From: Octopus sinensis
Lineage: Eukaryota
DNA length: 64,000 nucleotides
Assembly: GCF_006345805.1 (NCBI RefSeq)
Contig: NC_043001.1
Location: 116,808,001 to 116,872,000, forward strand
Direction: 5' to 3'
The notes below the pieces were generated by a model. The model ran no database searches, was not told the origin of the DNA, and saw only the letters and a program-made list of their open reading frames with translations. Shown in pieces: positions 63,120 through 64,000 of this stretch; the stretch's first letter is position 1, and each line of letters starts with the position of its first letter. The translations under genes were made by a program, and so were the position numbers.

Positions 63120-63436
63120 TTTGATAAGCGTACTGATATTCTGTACTTTGTTTATAATCATATGTTAGAGATATTTTTTAATCCACATCATTAACTGGTT
63201 GTTACGTTATTGCAGTTATTTCTGTTCGGAACAGGTTTGAACATTTTGATAAACCATTTTTTTTTTATCTTTCTTCCAACCTCATTTGTGACATGTAGTT
63301 TGTGGAAAGGAAAAATTAGAAACATTTTCTGACCACATGTTCTATATGTTCGCTCAATGGAATTTGGCGAACATTGGTGTTCTGGATTTGCTGTCTGTAG
63401 ACTCGTGAACGTTCCGATAATGCATTCACTGTCTCG

Positions 63437-63483
<47 letters not shown>

Positions 63484-64000
63484 AATTATCTAATCACCTC
63501 CCTAATATACTAAAATTAATAATAAAAATATCTCTCGGAGAATTTCAAAATTATCATCGAATATGGACATTTTTGACTCCCACTCGAATCATTATAATAT
63601 TGCATTATCTCGCCTATATATATATATATATATATTAGATCCTTGCAATTCTGGCATTTAATGCAGTAGATCAAATTTCTATTTTTGCAGTTCATATCTG
63701 CATTTGCGAAAATCTATCCATTTTTTGTTTTAGTGGATCTACCAGTATGTATGCATTGACACGTTCCACATCTGTTATCCTTACACTTGGATAATGTGAA
63801 TGTTTTGTCCTGTTTGTTCATGTTGAATTTTGTCTTTGTAAATAGTTTCTTTAGGTTATTTGGTTGCCTTTTGCTTAAGTTATTAGTTATTATATTTTTT
63901 AATTTTACACTTTATTTTATGATTCGCAAATATGTTTTGATGATGTTAAAAATGTTTTGGTGATGCAGATTGTGTGTTTCTAGAAATGGTATTGTGTTCC
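63120..64000 (-). mobile_element. Penelope-like element (Neptune-like), 3' part, runs off the window
   Basis: KRQPNNLKKLF..KCKDNRCGTC..MNCKNRNLIYCIKCQNC..YIGET..QQI..RQIPLSEH..IFPFHKL..FIKMFKP. Confidence 0.85.
63479..63609 (+). repeat. Inverted ~131-bp copy of 62142-62273 inserted between two (TA)n tracts
   Basis: About 6 differences counted by eye against the reverse complement of the neighbouring PLE; TCTCGCC(TA)n appears on both sides. Confidence 0.9.

Overview
AT-rich, repeat-dense eukaryotic genomic DNA. The SINE families and microsatellite load look like an octopus (coleoid cephalopod) genome; that is an inference from recognition, not a database result. The only host gene I can support is a complete 8-coding-exon tetraspanin on the + strand (30152-51734). 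I spliced it by hand with GT-AG sites and compatible phases into a 275-aa protein with four TM segments and a CCG...PxSCC...C...GC loop; the ORF track largely misses it. The rest is transposon material: tRNA-type SINE families; RTE, CR1, I/Jockey-like and HERO-like LINE remnants; three mariner remnants; Merlin-like elements (GGATCT termini, 8-bp TSDs); hAT, piggyBac and pogo-like MITEs; a Helitron cluster fused to a Ginger/GIN-type integrase. Downstream of the gene is a hotspot of at least three different Penelope-like element (PLE) types. Best leads: (1) a PLE with a long insertion between RT motifs A and B' (insertion-in-fingers-like) plus a C-terminal GIY-YIG, bracketed by inverted repeats that each hold a decayed hammerhead-like core; (2) a nearly intact Hydra-type PLE with in-frame Asn-rich expansions; (3) a minimal hammerhead motif and a 28-bp hairpin with an A-C mismatch inside tetraspanin introns; (4) a nested Merlin foldback. 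No CRISPR, rRNA or genuine tRNA gene found. Boundaries of decayed repeats are approximate, and clade names come from motif recall and need HMM or phylogenetic confirmation.
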